Positions 41,094 through 52,815 of a stretch of 64,000 nt of DNA are shown here, in pieces. The position numbers were made by a program, and so were the translations under genes. The stretch lies in NCBI RefSeq assembly GCF_009914755.1, contig NC_060930.1; one strand, given 5' to 3'. The notes under the pieces are model-generated. The model did no database searches, was not told the origin of the DNA, and saw only the letters and a program-made list of their open reading frames with translations. How positions within the stretch are numbered: position 1 is the stretch's first letter; every line of letters starts with the position of its first letter. Source of the DNA: the human T2T-CHM13v2.0 reference genome, Homo sapiens.

Positions 41094-42249
41094 GAAAAGA
41101 AGCTAGTTGAATAAAATTACATAAATATATAAATTTCATAATTATATGTTTGCAAAAACTATTGCTCAAAAAAATAGACTAACAGCATTTTCTAAGGATT
41201 AACTTTAAAGGAATATTTGCTTCTGTTTCTCCTCACCCCCACCTTTATTTATCTTCTACATTAGGCAGGCTACTGGTAACCCAAGTTGGTCCTCTCCTAC
41301 TGCAGTCTTAACTGCTAGCATGGCAAGGATTAGAGTAAATTCTTGTGGGAGATAGCTTTTTCGAAGAGGCAACTTCTTTCCTTTTATACTGCCATAAGGT
41401 AGGAAATTTTTTCTTCTATTTCACAGTAGGCCTGGGTCTCACCCCCTATGCACACACACATCAGAGCCTTCCACATGGACTTGTGTGCACAGGGATTGAA
41501 TCCTCCCATTAGGTTCCCTGCACCCTGGATACCTGGACAAATTGTTGAGAATATATTTCTTGTTATGAATGGTTAGTCAAAATAAAACTGCAATTAAGCC
41601 AGATGAGTGAATGAATAAAACAAAAAAACAAAATAGTTGGTAATATTTCTCATAGAATTTTATTAGATATTTAAATATGCAGACACATTTTACTTTCAGG
41701 AGGTGTAAATTAATAAAGTCAGCCAGGTCACAATTAATGTTTTTTTTTCCAGTTACATAAATCACTCATTAAGTCATATCGCTTGAATCTTCATCATTGG
41801 AGTGATATAATTTATTTAAAACTAATTTGATTATATTCTGAATGTACAATAATTGTTTGAAAACACTTGGATAATATCTTTATTTATACCCCAAACCTTA
41901 AAATTTAATTAAACTTGATTATGTTAATTTACCTTTAAAATTATAAAATCATCAGTAAAATTTCATAAACCATCAACATTCATAGTAAATATTAATCTAC
42001 ATTTTGGGCTTTCTGTGACACTGTTGAGTTAAAAAATGTCCTACAACCCAAGCCAAAATATTAATTTTTTTCAAATTATTTAAAGAATCATTTTTAAAAT
42101 GGGACAGATATTTTACATTTCAAAATGAAGCTTTTTAAAAAATTCTAGAATACAAGAAAATAGTATGACCAAATACATTCACATATAGACAGTGAATACT
42201 ATAAGGGTAAGGAGATCAGAACTTTCAGCACATTTGTTTTACATTCTCT

Positions 42250-42960
42250 CTTTTTTTAATAATTTATTTTCAGAGAAGTTTTAGGTCCACAAGCAATATG
42301 AAAAGATAGGTTCAGAGATTCCATTTGCTCCCCATCCCCACACATACACAGCCTCTCCTAGTATTCACGTATCCTACCTGAGCGAGATGTTTGTTACAAC
42401 TAATGAAACCTAGAATGAAACATCATAATCACCCAAAGTCCATAGCTCACATTAGAGTCCACTCTTGAGGTTATATATTCTCTGGGTTTAAAATGACATA
42501 TATCCATCATTACAGTATCATAGAGAATAGTTTTACTACCTTAAAAATCCTGTTTTCTACCTATTTATCTCCCACCTCTATCCCCAGGCAATAACTGATC
42601 TTTTAAATATCTTCATAGTTTTGCCTTTTCCAGAATGTGATATAGTTAGAATCATACTGTATGTAGCTTTTTCAGATTGGCTTCTTTCACTTAGTAACAT
42701 GCATTTAAGTTTCCTCCATATCTTTTTACAGCTTGATAGCATATTTATTTTTAACACTAAATAATATTCCATTTTCCAGATGTAGCACAGCTTATTTATT
42801 CATTCACCTACTGAAAGATATTTTGGTTGCTTTCAAGTTTTGGCAAGTATGCGTAAAGCTGCTTTAAACATTGGTATACAGGCTTTTGTGTGAACGTATG
42901 TTTTCGATACATTTTGGTAAATACCAAGGAGTGAAATTGTAGATTGTATGGTAAGATAAT
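42250..42960 (-). mobile_element. L1MC1-like 3' end
   Basis: ttttaggtccacaagc...catcataatcacccaaagtccatagctcacattag is the characteristic L1MC1 3'UTR in antisense. Confidence 0.8.
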
Positions 42961-42974
42961 ATCCTAGGTGAGAT

Positions 42975-43452
42975 ACTAATGTCATCATATTGGGGATTAG
43001 GTTTTGTCTTAGTCCATTTGTTCTGCTATAACAAAACACCAAAGCCTGGGTAATTTGTAAAGAAGAGAAATTTATTTTCTCATAGTTTTAGAGGCAAATA
43101 AGTCAAAGATGAAAGTGTTAGCAGGTTTGGTTGTCGGGAAAGGACTGCTCTCTGCTTCCAAATGGTGCTTTGAAGCTACATCCTCTGAAGGGGAGAACTG
43201 CTGGATCCTCATGTGGCAGGAGGTAGAAGGACAAGCAAGTAGAATACTATGTGAAGCCTCTTTTATAAGGGCCTTAATCCTATTCAAAAAGGAGGGGTCC
43301 TTATGGCCTAATCAGCTTTTAAAGGCCCTATTTCTCAATGCCATCACATTGGCCTTTTAGTTTCAAAACCTAAGTTTTGGAAGGGACACGTTCGAACCAC
43401 AGCCGGTTTAGACATTTAAATTTGGAGGAGCACAAACGTTCAGACTATACCA
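42975..43452 (-). mobile_element. MLT1A-like LTR fragment split by an MST insertion
   Basis: ctaatgtcatcatattggggattaggttt [insert] agacatttaaatttggaggagcacaaacgttcagactatacca. Confidence 0.65.
43005..43404 (-). mobile_element. MSTC/MSTD MaLR solo LTR with 5-bp TSD GGTTT
   Basis: tgtcttagtccatttgttctgctataac ... cgttcgaaccacagcc; GGTTT at 43000-43004 and 43405-43409. Confidence 0.88.
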
Positions 43453-44979
43453 TGGTCCTTTTGTTTTCAAACCATATTTACAGTGTATGGTAATTATATA
43501 AAACTTATTTGAACATCAAAAATTGTCAGAGATTATTTTTCTAAACACTTGTACCACATCTAATCTTTCCCTCAGATTTTGAAACATTTTGTTAAACACA
43601 CTGGAAGCCAATGATTAATGTATAAATATCCTCCATATTATTTGTTATCAACTAAAAAAATGTAGTCCTAAGAAATAGCAAAAGAAATTACAAAAGTGCC
43701 ATTCAGAAGCTTTTTCAGAGTTCACCAATAGAAATCATTGTTTCTTTAACTTCTTAGTGCAATACATGTCATTTCCTGAAGTTTAAGAACTAATTATTTG
43801 CTATCAAGTATCCTTCCATTAGTTATTCCCAATCCCTTTTTTAAACGGAAAACAGGTTTATATTTTAAGAAAAACATGATGTTAAATGTGTCTAAATCAT
43901 CTACGTATAAGGATGGAATAAGAGGTCATAAGCAAAGTATTTTGATAAACCCTTCAATCTATAATAGAAATGGATTAACATTAAACATAATGACAAAATG
44001 CCACCTCTTCTGAGCTTACAATGGTTAAAAAAATAAAACAGGAAAAATCTTTTTATAAAAGCATGAACACAGTTTTAAAAAACCTTCCCACTTTCGACTG
44101 CAGAAAACATAAATTATATACTTTGCAACCAGCTGTAATGGTAGGCATAGGCAGCTGGTCCAATTTACTGTATAGTACTATTGTACATATTGTTTGATGG
44201 ACAAATTACTTATAATTTCTAGAAGTGCATCTTTGCAGTTTGATATTTTTAAGCAGCACTCCAACTACTTGAAAAGTTGTAAACTTTTGGAGAGGCTAAT
44301 TCTGAAAAGGCTTTGCCATTGCTGAGTGTGTTTTTCCACATCATAGTTTACAATAGCCTATTTTATATGTTCAAAAAGTAAACAGAAATGCATGATGTTT
44401 TCCACAGTTTCAGGAAATAACTTAGTGAAATTTTGATGATTTCTATGTTCTGATTCTTGAAATTAAATCTTTTACTATGTTCATTGCAAAAGTATATATA
44501 TGCACCTCAAAAATCTGCCATCCCCACAAAGGAATACGAAGGAAAAGGAATTCAAATCATTGGAGACCATTGAATTGGGGTCAAATATATCGGAAAATAA
44601 TTCATGAATTTGAGAGCAGAGTTATTAAAACTTTTTATCTTCTCAAGCCAAAGGGGGAAAAGCAAGCACCTAGATTAAAATCAAAAGTCACTTTACCAAC
44701 TATGAAATTATAGGAGGATTCGAAATCACAAAAGCATACATTTTTTTGTGTGTCTGAATTTGTCTTTTTACATGTGTTAATGTGTAGAATCAAGGGGAAT
44801 GAATGTTAAAAAATTCCTGTTCTCTCTTTTAGTCCATTGTCCCTGCCAGTCAGGTGCTGTAGAACTGTTTCTTATAACACCAGAGCAAATGTGTTTATTA
44901 TTTATTTTTTTTCCTGACTTCTCTCCTTCTTTAGTAAGCCTACACACTGCTGCTGCCACAATGTAGTACCCAGACTTAC

Positions 44980-45060
44980 TTGCTCTTGAAGATGTGTGTT
45001 CCACTGCTGACATCCTGCTCCTCTGGCTGAATCCCTTCTGCAATGGTAGTCACAGATGCT
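44980..45060 (-). other. Candidate 81-nt internal exon of an unidentified minus-strand transcript
   Basis: Acceptor ttccacttttgacag, donor CAA|gtaagt; unique, GC-richer sequence; open in two frames. Confidence 0.4.
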
Positions 45061-45713
45061 CTGTCAAAAGTGGAATTGTAAAACTACTATAAATGGATAT
45101 TAAGTGGACTCTAAATGATTATCAGTGTTTTTTCTCTAAATGTTTCCCTTCGTTTTTAGGGTTTACTGTTTTTCTTGAAAATCTGGATATGCTTAAATGA
45201 GGATTAACTCATTACACCTGTAGGTCACCTTCACTGACTCTGGCCTTGTGTTTTGAGCATTTTGTCTTAATCTCAAAGTATATTTTCTGCATTCATGATG
45301 CATGTTTCTTAAGCACTGACACTAGCTTTATCTTTACTCCTTTGTAGGAAGCTCCAAACAACACTGCACAGAATACATCTATAGAACCATAAGTCTACAT
45401 AGCAGCATCCATGGTCTATAGATACTGTGAATGATTTCACTTTTTATATAAGGTTTAAAAGTATTTTACATACTACTTCACAACTTGTAGACTGCTATCT
45501 CTGGTATAAACATTTTTCTGAGCCCCAGATCCATATGTTGTGTTGTCTACATGGCTTCCCAATTTGGGTGCACAATGATATCTCAATCTCAATGGAACCC
45601 ATAATCTGCTTCCCATTTCCCAGATCATTTTTATTTCTAACTTTCACATATAAGGGAACACAACTACCAAACATGCAGTTTTCTAATTAAAGAAAAGAAA
45701 ATAGACATCACTT

Positions 45714-46108
45714 TGTATTATTAATAATTTGCTATGATTACAGTAACAAAGTGCCACAGATTGGGTGGTTTAAACAACAGAAGTTTATTTTCTCACAGTT
45801 CTGGAGATAAGAAGTCAAAGATCAAAATATTCACTTGGTTAGTTTCATCTGAGGTCTCTTTCCTTGGCTCATACCTGGCTGTCTTCTTCCTGTGTCTTCA
45901 TATTGTCTTCTATTTATACCTGTCTGTATCCAAATTTCCTCTTCATATAAGGGTACCAGTCGTTTGGGATTAGGGACTCCATTAATGATCACATTTTACT
46001 TTAATTACCTTATGAAAGACCTGTCTCCAAATACAGTCCTGTTCTGAGTTACTGGGTGCAAAGGCTTCAGTATGTAAGTTTCGGGGGAACAGAATTCAGC
46101 CTCTAATA
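45714..46108 (-). mobile_element. MLT1A0-like MaLR solo LTR inside an L2 relic
   Basis: taacaaagtgccacagattgggtggtttaaacaacagaagtttattttctcacagttctgg ... gaattcagcctctaata. Confidence 0.85.
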
Positions 46109-46317
46109 TACCTTTAATCTGTCATCCTCACTCTCCTATCTACAATCATCACGCCTTGTTGGTGCTACCTATTACATATATCTCTAATATGTCTACTTTT
46201 CTCCATTATACTCCACTGACTTAGTCCATGACAGCAACAGGTTTTCACTTAAACGTTTGCAAAGACTACTAGTCTCACCCTCTGAAACTTACAACTGATT
46301 ATACGATAAGAGTGACT

Positions 46318-46990
46318 GTAGAAAGTAGTATCCATAGTTCTGCTGAGTTGTAAGAAAGAGAGGAGCTGCCAGGTTTCACAGGAGCCCAGTAAATAACAAG
46401 CCAAAATTGAAAGCTAAGCCTTTAACCACTTATACCAAGGTATAAACAAGAGTCTAAACTGAAGAAAGCACCAAACTAGCCTGTCCCATTTTCTACTATG
46501 GAATGGTGTCCCATTTTCTACTATGGAATGGAATAGTTAGGTGGGTCAGTACATGCGGGAGGAGTCTTAGTTGTTGAGGGAGCCCTGAACAAATGGACTT
46601 TGTAATCAGGTGGGTGGGGAAGGTGGTTGGAGGATGAGGAGGAAGGTCTAGAAGTGACAAAGTACTGGATACTGAGTCAGAGTGAAGAAAAGTTTCCCCC
46701 CTTCTCCCCTGTTTATCATCATAAGGAGGCTTGAAAAAGACTTCTATCCATGGCCTCAGGTACAGAGATTAGGAATACACATAACTGTGGTAGAAATGCA
46801 AACACACTTAAGAGCAAGATTGGCCAGGGGACTCTGAATCTTTAACTGCAATACATTGGCTGCACACAAACACTGGTTTATGTGTCAGGGATGAGCGGCA
46901 GCTTTCTCCAGTGAGAACTGCCAGGTAAATCTTTTGTAATTGCCTAGGGTAGGCCCGAAAAATCACACAAAAGATTTTAACCAGGAACCG
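46318..46990 (-). mobile_element. Probable old ERVL-class LTR (subfamily unresolved)
   Basis: GC-richer block starting tgtagaaag with LTR-like composition; family not confidently recognised. Confidence 0.35.
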
Positions 46991-47004
46991 AACGCCTTGA
47001 GTAG

Positions 47005-47270
47005 TACAGTCAGGAGATTTAAGTTACAGACATTGGGATTAGACTTCATATGTTCAAATCCTGACTCTGATACTTGTAAATTTTGTGACCTTGGGAAAGT
47101 ATTTTAAACTTTCTGTATTTTACTTCTCCCAATTAAATTTGATATAGAAATACTATGTATATTTTAGGGATTTCTGTGTGTCTTAAATAAATTGATAAAT
47201 GTAAAACTTTTAGAACATTACCAGGCACATAGTTGATCAATACATATTAACAATCATTGTTATACTCATT
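47005..47270 (+). mobile_element. MIR
   Basis: gttcaaatcctgactctgatactt...tgtgaccttgggaaagt...ccaggcacatag. Confidence 0.8.
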
Positions 47271-49411
47271 ATTATTATGAAGATATTTCAAGGGAAACAC
47301 AACTAAAAATGTAATTTAAAATTAATTTAATCACCTTATTTCAGTTTTAGAAATAAAACTATATTTCCATAGGCAGATTAGAAGAATAACAAAAGAATAT
47401 ATGGTCATAATGTAGTGCAAATTATCCTTAAGTCATTACTAAGATGAAGTAACTTAGGTAAATATTTCTATATGTAAAAATGGAGTCCCTGTAAGAATAT
47501 TATATACTAAACAGTAAATTGACATAAGTAGGCATATTTTCCTGCCTCAGAAATGAAATATGTCCAGGTCTTATCTTTTCTCTAAAAAAATCCAGAGGGT
47601 CATTTATCACTATTCTTGTGCCTTGAATCAAAATATATTAGTATGCTGAATGCAATCCTAGAATTACCTTAACAAACACACTTCCTATCTCTGAGTTAAA
47701 ATGTTCTGGACAATAAATGAGAAAGCAATATAATGCTCTTTATTCATAGGAGCAAGATCAGTTCAATACTTGGTTGTATTACTGCATTGCCTGAGTTTTA
47801 ATCATCTTTCCTTTATTATAAAGCTCTAGTTCTCTCAATGCTTTGTTGACTTTCCATGAGAGCAATTTCAAATATTTACTTTTAAAAATTCTGAGGAATA
47901 AATTTATTAATTTTACTATGTTAAAAATGAACAACTCAATAAATACATACAGTATAATAATAATATGCCCCCTTGAAATTTCTTAATTTCAGAAAAAAAA
48001 TCAGAATGGTATCAATATCTCCAGTGTTGACCAATATTTATTTAATTAGAGCTATGAGAGAGCTAAGGTTGTTTCTAAATGCAGGGTAGTGGATCTGAAG
48101 AGAATTGTGGTAACCCTAAGGTTTGATACAACCCAGTAACCCTGCATGTTAAATGCTTATGCCAGTGGTAATGCCTCAGTTTTTTAAACCTAGAATCATT
48201 ATAAAGACTCTCAATCATAAGTCTCTCTAATCCTTATATGGAACTATTTGAAGTTCTTTAATGGCAAACGTTAAAATACTTTGTTCTAGTCATAACTTGA
48301 ACCAAGAGGAAGTTTAACCTTATTCCTAGAACTAAATTTCAAGAGCCAGCTACATTTCACTATTGATCAACTTCAAAATTAGGTGGCATAATCACTTTCA
48401 TGAAGCATATTAGAGAATCTCACTCTGCCAGCATGAATGCCTTCTCTGTTGTCTATTATATATTATCACCATCACTTAAAAATTTCACCATCTTTATTCC
48501 ACTTTTTCACTTGAAAATTTTTGTATGAAGACTCTTACGTTACACTGCTGCTTTGCCCGTGAATATGGTGCTCTCACTCAATTGCAAGCCTAAGCAGTGT
48601 GTCAAAAAACTTGGTTAAAAGCATAAGCAGATAGCGACAGACCAGAAGATAAAATATTGAATACTGAGACTTGATTTGTAATGAATCTATATCCCAGATG
48701 CCAAAATCATTTGGCTACCCATAGTTTAAGAGATCCAAGAGAACACTTCAAAGAAATAGATACAAGGGACGACGAGTCTTTGAACTAAGAGGTTCTTTCA
48801 GGAATGGAAACACAAATTGCCAAAAAACCACAGATGTTCACCACGTGAACAGGTGAAAAAATACTACTCTTTCAAATATATTTATCAAAGTCTTTTCTGC
48901 CTTCCTGTAATTTCATTTTAAATGGGCCTTCCTTTTCAGCTGTTCTCTACTTAAACTACCTAATAAGTAAGGACAGATTGTATGACTACATTAACAATGG
49001 TGAGCCAGAAACTCAAGGCCTTTTCTGGGCCTCTTTTCTTTGCATGTGTAATTTTCTAATTGCTGTTCTCTAAAGCAAGAACTGCAATTAGAAAAAATGT
49101 TATCTGAGGACAAGAACTAAACTGAACATTATTTGGCACTTCAAATTGTTTTCTAGCATTGAATTATTGTAATGGAAATTCTACTTAAAAACTTGGTTTG
49201 TCATAATCACCTGCAATTGAGCTTATGGTTTATTTACATATATGGATTTCCTTGCTATAATTATCATCAGATGACAGGCATATTCATTAGTATCCATACA
49301 AAGTTCATTGGAAATGTCCTTAATAGCAATTAGTGCAAGAATGGAGATCAGTAAAATATATTTTTTGATGTATTCATTTATTAGTACCATTGTACACATA
49401 TTAAGATGGGC

Positions 49412-49912
49412 TGTAGTAGATTAAAGATGACCACACATTATTTGCTACTTCTCCCAAGAGGTGAAGTCTAATTCCCTTCTCCTTGAATCTGGGCTGGATT
49501 CAGTAACTTATTTGGGTAATAGAAAATTCCAAGAATGTTTTGGGACTTCTTAGGCTAAGTCCTAAGCCTTGGTACTTTCTTTCAGGCCTCTTAGAACACT
49601 TGCATATTGAAATAAACTGCCAATTTGTGAGGAAGCACACAAAAGCTCATAAAGAGGAACTGAGGCACCCAGCTGACACACTAACAGAGCTCCCAGATGA
49701 CAATCAACACCAACCTGCCAACTATGTGAGTGAGCCATCTTGAAAGTGAAGCTTTCATACTTCATCAATCAGCTGATGCTACATAAAGATAAAAAAGCCA
49801 TTCCTATCAAACCCTGCACAAATTGAAGATTTGTGAGCAAAATTAATGATTGTTTTCATTAAGATGCTTAATTTTGAGATTATTAGTAATGTAACAATAG
49901 ATAATTAGAACA
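49412..49912 (+). mobile_element. MLT1G/H MaLR solo LTR
   Basis: tgtagtagattaaagatgaccac...ccttgaatctgggctgg ... caatagataattagaaca. Confidence 0.8.
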
Positions 49913-50269
49913 AGGACTATGGCTTAGATTATTTAAGGAAGAACAGGAAAGGGGTTTTTCTTTAACTTGTTTTAGTTTTATTGTTATTGTCTTTGTGTTT
50001 GTTCTCTTTATTTATCCAAGTGTTTGTGTACCAACTGAAACACATGTGTGAGGAACACCCCTATAGTTTCCTAACAGAAGTTTTTTTTTTTTTTAATAGA
50101 ACTTCCTTTATCCAGGTAATTCTCAGTATTTGGGAACTAGGAACATATATTAATGTAGTCAAATCAGCATCGCTCTACATAGGCTAGAAAATAAAAGTGA
50201 AATGAGGAATGTGATGATAAAGGAACACCATTGATATACAGTGAGAGAACCCTAATTCCCCTCAGCCGT

Positions 50270-51008
50270 TCCTCCCTGCCTCAGTAGCTGACAGTATCAC
50301 CCAGTCTGTTGTCCAGAAACAAAAGATAGGAGTCGTGTTTGTTTCCTCTATATCCCTCAGATTTTGATATTCAGTTCACCTTGGATAATACCTACATTAT
50401 CTCTTATTACTTGTCTACTTTTCTTCGTCTGCATTTCGGCCTCCATGATATAAGTCAAGATCCTTTCTTACCTATGTGATCACAATAATGAAATTCTCTT
50501 TTTCTTCAATACAATCCATTCTCAAATAAGAGGCTAGAATGATCTTTTTAAAAAGAAACTTTCCAGACCTAAGCAAGATCTGATCTCCAACTACTTTGTC
50601 TGGGTATCTAGGTTTTGGCCACATTATCTTCTTTTTGTCACTCTGACGCTACAAATATAGTCTACCTTTTCTTCCCCAGAGCTTTTTCTACTGCAGAGAC
50701 TCTCCTTTAGGTCCTGAATAGTTTAATCTGGATCTCCAAGTAGCATGTTCGTTTAGTTTCTCAGATCTAAGGTCTCAATCTGAGTATTTCCCTCCTTCAA
50801 TCTCATTCAATGTTAGTTTCTTCATAAAACTAAACACTCTCTGAGATTACTTTGCTGATTTATTTATTTGTTATTTATTGAACATCCCCTCACCTCAGCC
50901 AGCACACAAGAACAGATAAAATATTTTTCATTGCTGTCCCAGAGCTGTGAAATGTCTTGTTTCATGGTAGGTTCTGAATAAATATTTGTTATATATGCAA
51001 ATAAATAA
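50270..51008 (+). mobile_element. L2 3' region
   Basis: gctagaatgatctttttaaaa; ends ggtaggttctgaataaatatttgtt. Confidence 0.65.
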
Positions 51009-52229
51009 TTCTTATATTTGTTTCTAATAATGTGTTTCTCAAAGACTTTGAACCATGTAATAGGCATAATGCCATAAATTCTCATTCAAATTCTTCAGAA
51101 AGGTAATTATAAGAAATCTTTACTTATTTTTTACAGATAGTGCAGATACACTAAGTGATATTTCATGAAGTGCATTCGAGGCAAAGGCAAGGGCAAAAAA
51201 AAAAAAAAGAAAAATGAGCCAGCCCTTACACTTTATTCTAATAATTTTAAAATTCTATTAGAAGTTATACTCATTCTCATTTTCTGTTGTTATTTTTCTT
51301 CTCCACTCAAATGAATTCATTCAAATGTTTGAAAAGTTTCAAATGGTTTTTGAAAAAGTGCCTCAGTAATAGTAAACATGGATAAACACTATAACCAAGA
51401 AGAAGATAAAAAGAAATTCTACAGATGAGAAACAATGTCAGTCTTTTCTTATAGCAGCCATATGGATTTGGGAGGTGAAATAATTTTGAAATTATTAAAA
51501 ACTTTTAAATATTGATAAATCTGTTTCACAAAGCAACACATGATGTTCGTCCAATTCTCTTTACTTAATGCAGGTAAGAAATTGTGTAACATTAAACAAA
51601 ATATTTTAGAAATTAAAATATCAAATTTGATTCATGATGCAATGAAAGATTATACTCTTAAAAGCAGTGGTGAGTTTCAGTGCGAAATCTCGAAGTCACT
51701 CATTAATACAGGTTTTCTACTAATGTGTAACTTTATACTAAATATTACTTTTTTAAATTTTCAATACTCTTTGGAGGGTGTTAACTGAGTTTATTTGTGT
51801 CCAAACACTTTCTTTTACTCTTCTGATCAGAAGTATCTCTGTTAGCAATATATATTTATCTTTTTTATATAATTCTGAAGTAGAGAATCTGTTAAATGAA
51901 TGTTCTCACCATCTGGCATCCTTTAAATTTGCAGCAGTAAAATTAGGAATTGACCAAATTTATAAAGATTTAATAAGCCTGCACACTACTTTATCTCTCT
52001 AAAAAGCATGAATAAATACAGCAAGGAACTGTATCATTTTTTTGAGGAAACAATTTCAGTAGGACTTTATACCTACTGCTGAAATAATTTAGTTACTGAT
52101 AGAAAATTACTTCAGTAAATGTGTTCATTGAATCTCCTGTCTGTAGATGAAATCATAAAATGATTTATTAAATAAATCAGTATGTTATGTATCTGAAAAT
52201 GAATATTTAAAAATAAGATCAAAACAAAA

Positions 52230-52504
52230 TCAAAGCTATAGCCAATACTTGTAAGCACTATGTGCCACGCACTACTAAATTCTTCTCATTAGTTAATTTT
52301 AGTAATTAGCTTCATTAATTTACTCCACTTAATGTCCTGGCAAGGTATAAACTATTTTTATACCCAGAGAGTAGTGCTTAGAGATATTAAATAAGTTTAT
52401 CTCCCCAAGCCATATAGCTGGTAAATTTTGAAATTAGCATTCGGACCAAGGCAGTCAGGCTCTTTGGAGCACAAGGTCCTGACTATTATGCTGTACTGCC
52501 TCCC
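52230..52504 (-). mobile_element. MIR
   Basis: gcactatgtgccacgcactactaaa...gcttagagatattaaataa...ctgtactgcctccc. Confidence 0.7.
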
Positions 52505-52549
52505 AATGGAAGTTCTAGGTTTCCAGCACATATGGATTTATCCATTATA

Positions 52550-52815
52550 GCATATTAGAAGATCATGATCTTTGGAATTAGGCATAAGTTCTCAAATAGC
52601 AGTTCTGCTGTTAACTAGTTTTCATAATTTTGAAGGTCTCTAATCTTTCTGAGCTTTGTTTTTTGGTCTGTAGTAAAAAAAAAAAAAAAAAAAAAAAAAA
52701 ACAACTTTCCCTCCTCTCAAGCATTATCATGAGAATGAAAGATTTTTACATAATAAGAAGTGTCCAGCACTGTATTTGACAGAAGCCTGGTGATTAATAA
52801 ATGTTAATTTTTATT
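52550..52815 (+). mobile_element. MIR with internal poly(A) run (52675-52701)
   Basis: tctttggaattaggc...ctctaatctttctgagctttgttt...attaataaatgttaa. Confidence 0.65.

Noticed and set aside
48539-48589. 51-nt minus-strand exon-like segment
   Set aside because: Weaker acceptor and donor, and it introduces a stop in the candidate frame.
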